Shown piece by piece: positions 63,487-64,000 of a stretch of DNA of 64,000 nt. Every line of letters starts with the position of its first letter. The first letter of the stretch is position 1. The notes under the pieces are model-generated. The model was not told the origin of the DNA. It did not search any database and worked only from the letters and a program-made list of their open reading frames with translations. A program made the position numbers and the translations under genes. This DNA comes from Mobula hypostoma (lineage: Eukaryota): NCBI RefSeq assembly GCF_963921235.1, contig NC_086119.1, positions 32,550,001 to 32,614,000 on the forward strand. The letters run 5' to 3'.

Positions 63487-64000
63487 TAAAAGTTGCTGGT
63501 GAACGCAGCAGACCAGGCAGCATCTCTAGGAAGAGGTGCAGTCGATGTTTCAGGCCGAGACCCTTCGTCAGGACTAACTGAAGGAAGAGTGAGTAAGGGA
63601 TTTGAAAGTTGGAGGGGGAGGGGGAGATTCAAAATGATAGGAGAAGACAGGAGGAGGAGGGATGGAGTCAAGAGCTGGACAGGTGATTGGCAAAAGGGAT
63701 ATGAGAGGATCATGGGACAGGAGGTCCAGGAAGAAAGTCGGGGGGGGGGGGACCCAGAGGATGGGCATATTCAGAGGGACAGAGGGAGAAAAAGGAGAGT
63801 GAGAGAAAGAATGTGTGTATAAAAATAAGTAACAGATGGGGTACGAGGGGAGGTGGGGCATTAGCAGAAGTTAGAGAAATCGATGTTCATGCCATCAGGT
63901 TGGAGGCTACCCAGACGGAATATAAGGTGGTGTTCCTCCAACCTGAGTGTGGCTTCATCTTTACAATAGAGGAGGCCGTGGATAGACATGTCAGAATGGG
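63487..64000 (-). mobile_element. PLE 3' part (runs off window)
   Basis: Same family as 34600 and 42855. Confidence 0.95.
63540..63575 (-). ncRNA. Minimal hammerhead motif (core intact, AUC site)
   Basis: agtc-ctgacga-agggtctcggcct-gaaa-catc-gact. Confidence 0.8.

Noticed and set aside
1-64000. CRISPR array, operon, retron or other prokaryotic system
   Set aside because: No regularly spaced repeats or gene-dense organisation; all RT and nuclease ORFs belong to eukaryotic TEs

Overview
Eukaryotic, repeat-dominated vertebrate DNA with no convincing host protein-coding exon. The mix of CR1 LINEs and V-SINE/HE1-like SINEs suggests a cartilaginous fish; this is inference, not a database result. 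The window holds decayed CR1, Rex1/Babar, R4-like, Tx1 and RTE-derived non-LTR elements, two Gypsy LTR elements (one with Gmr1-type IN-before-RT order), several solo LTRs, and Tc1, hAT/Buster and Harbinger-like DNA transposons. It also holds many Neptune-type Penelope-like element (PLE) pieces. Main signals: (1) PLE termini carry a minimal hammerhead ribozyme motif (AGUC-CUGACGA-stem II-GAAAC-GUC-GACU), with about 8 recognisable and about 8 decayed copies, including tiny fold-back insertions with 10-15 bp TSDs. (2) A CR1 inserted into a PLE creates an in-frame 332-aa GIY-YIG::CR1-RT chimeric ORF. (3) A 10-kb multi-layer nest lies inside one Buster-type hAT transposon. Boundaries not defined by TSD/TIR are approximate, and identities were judged by eye.
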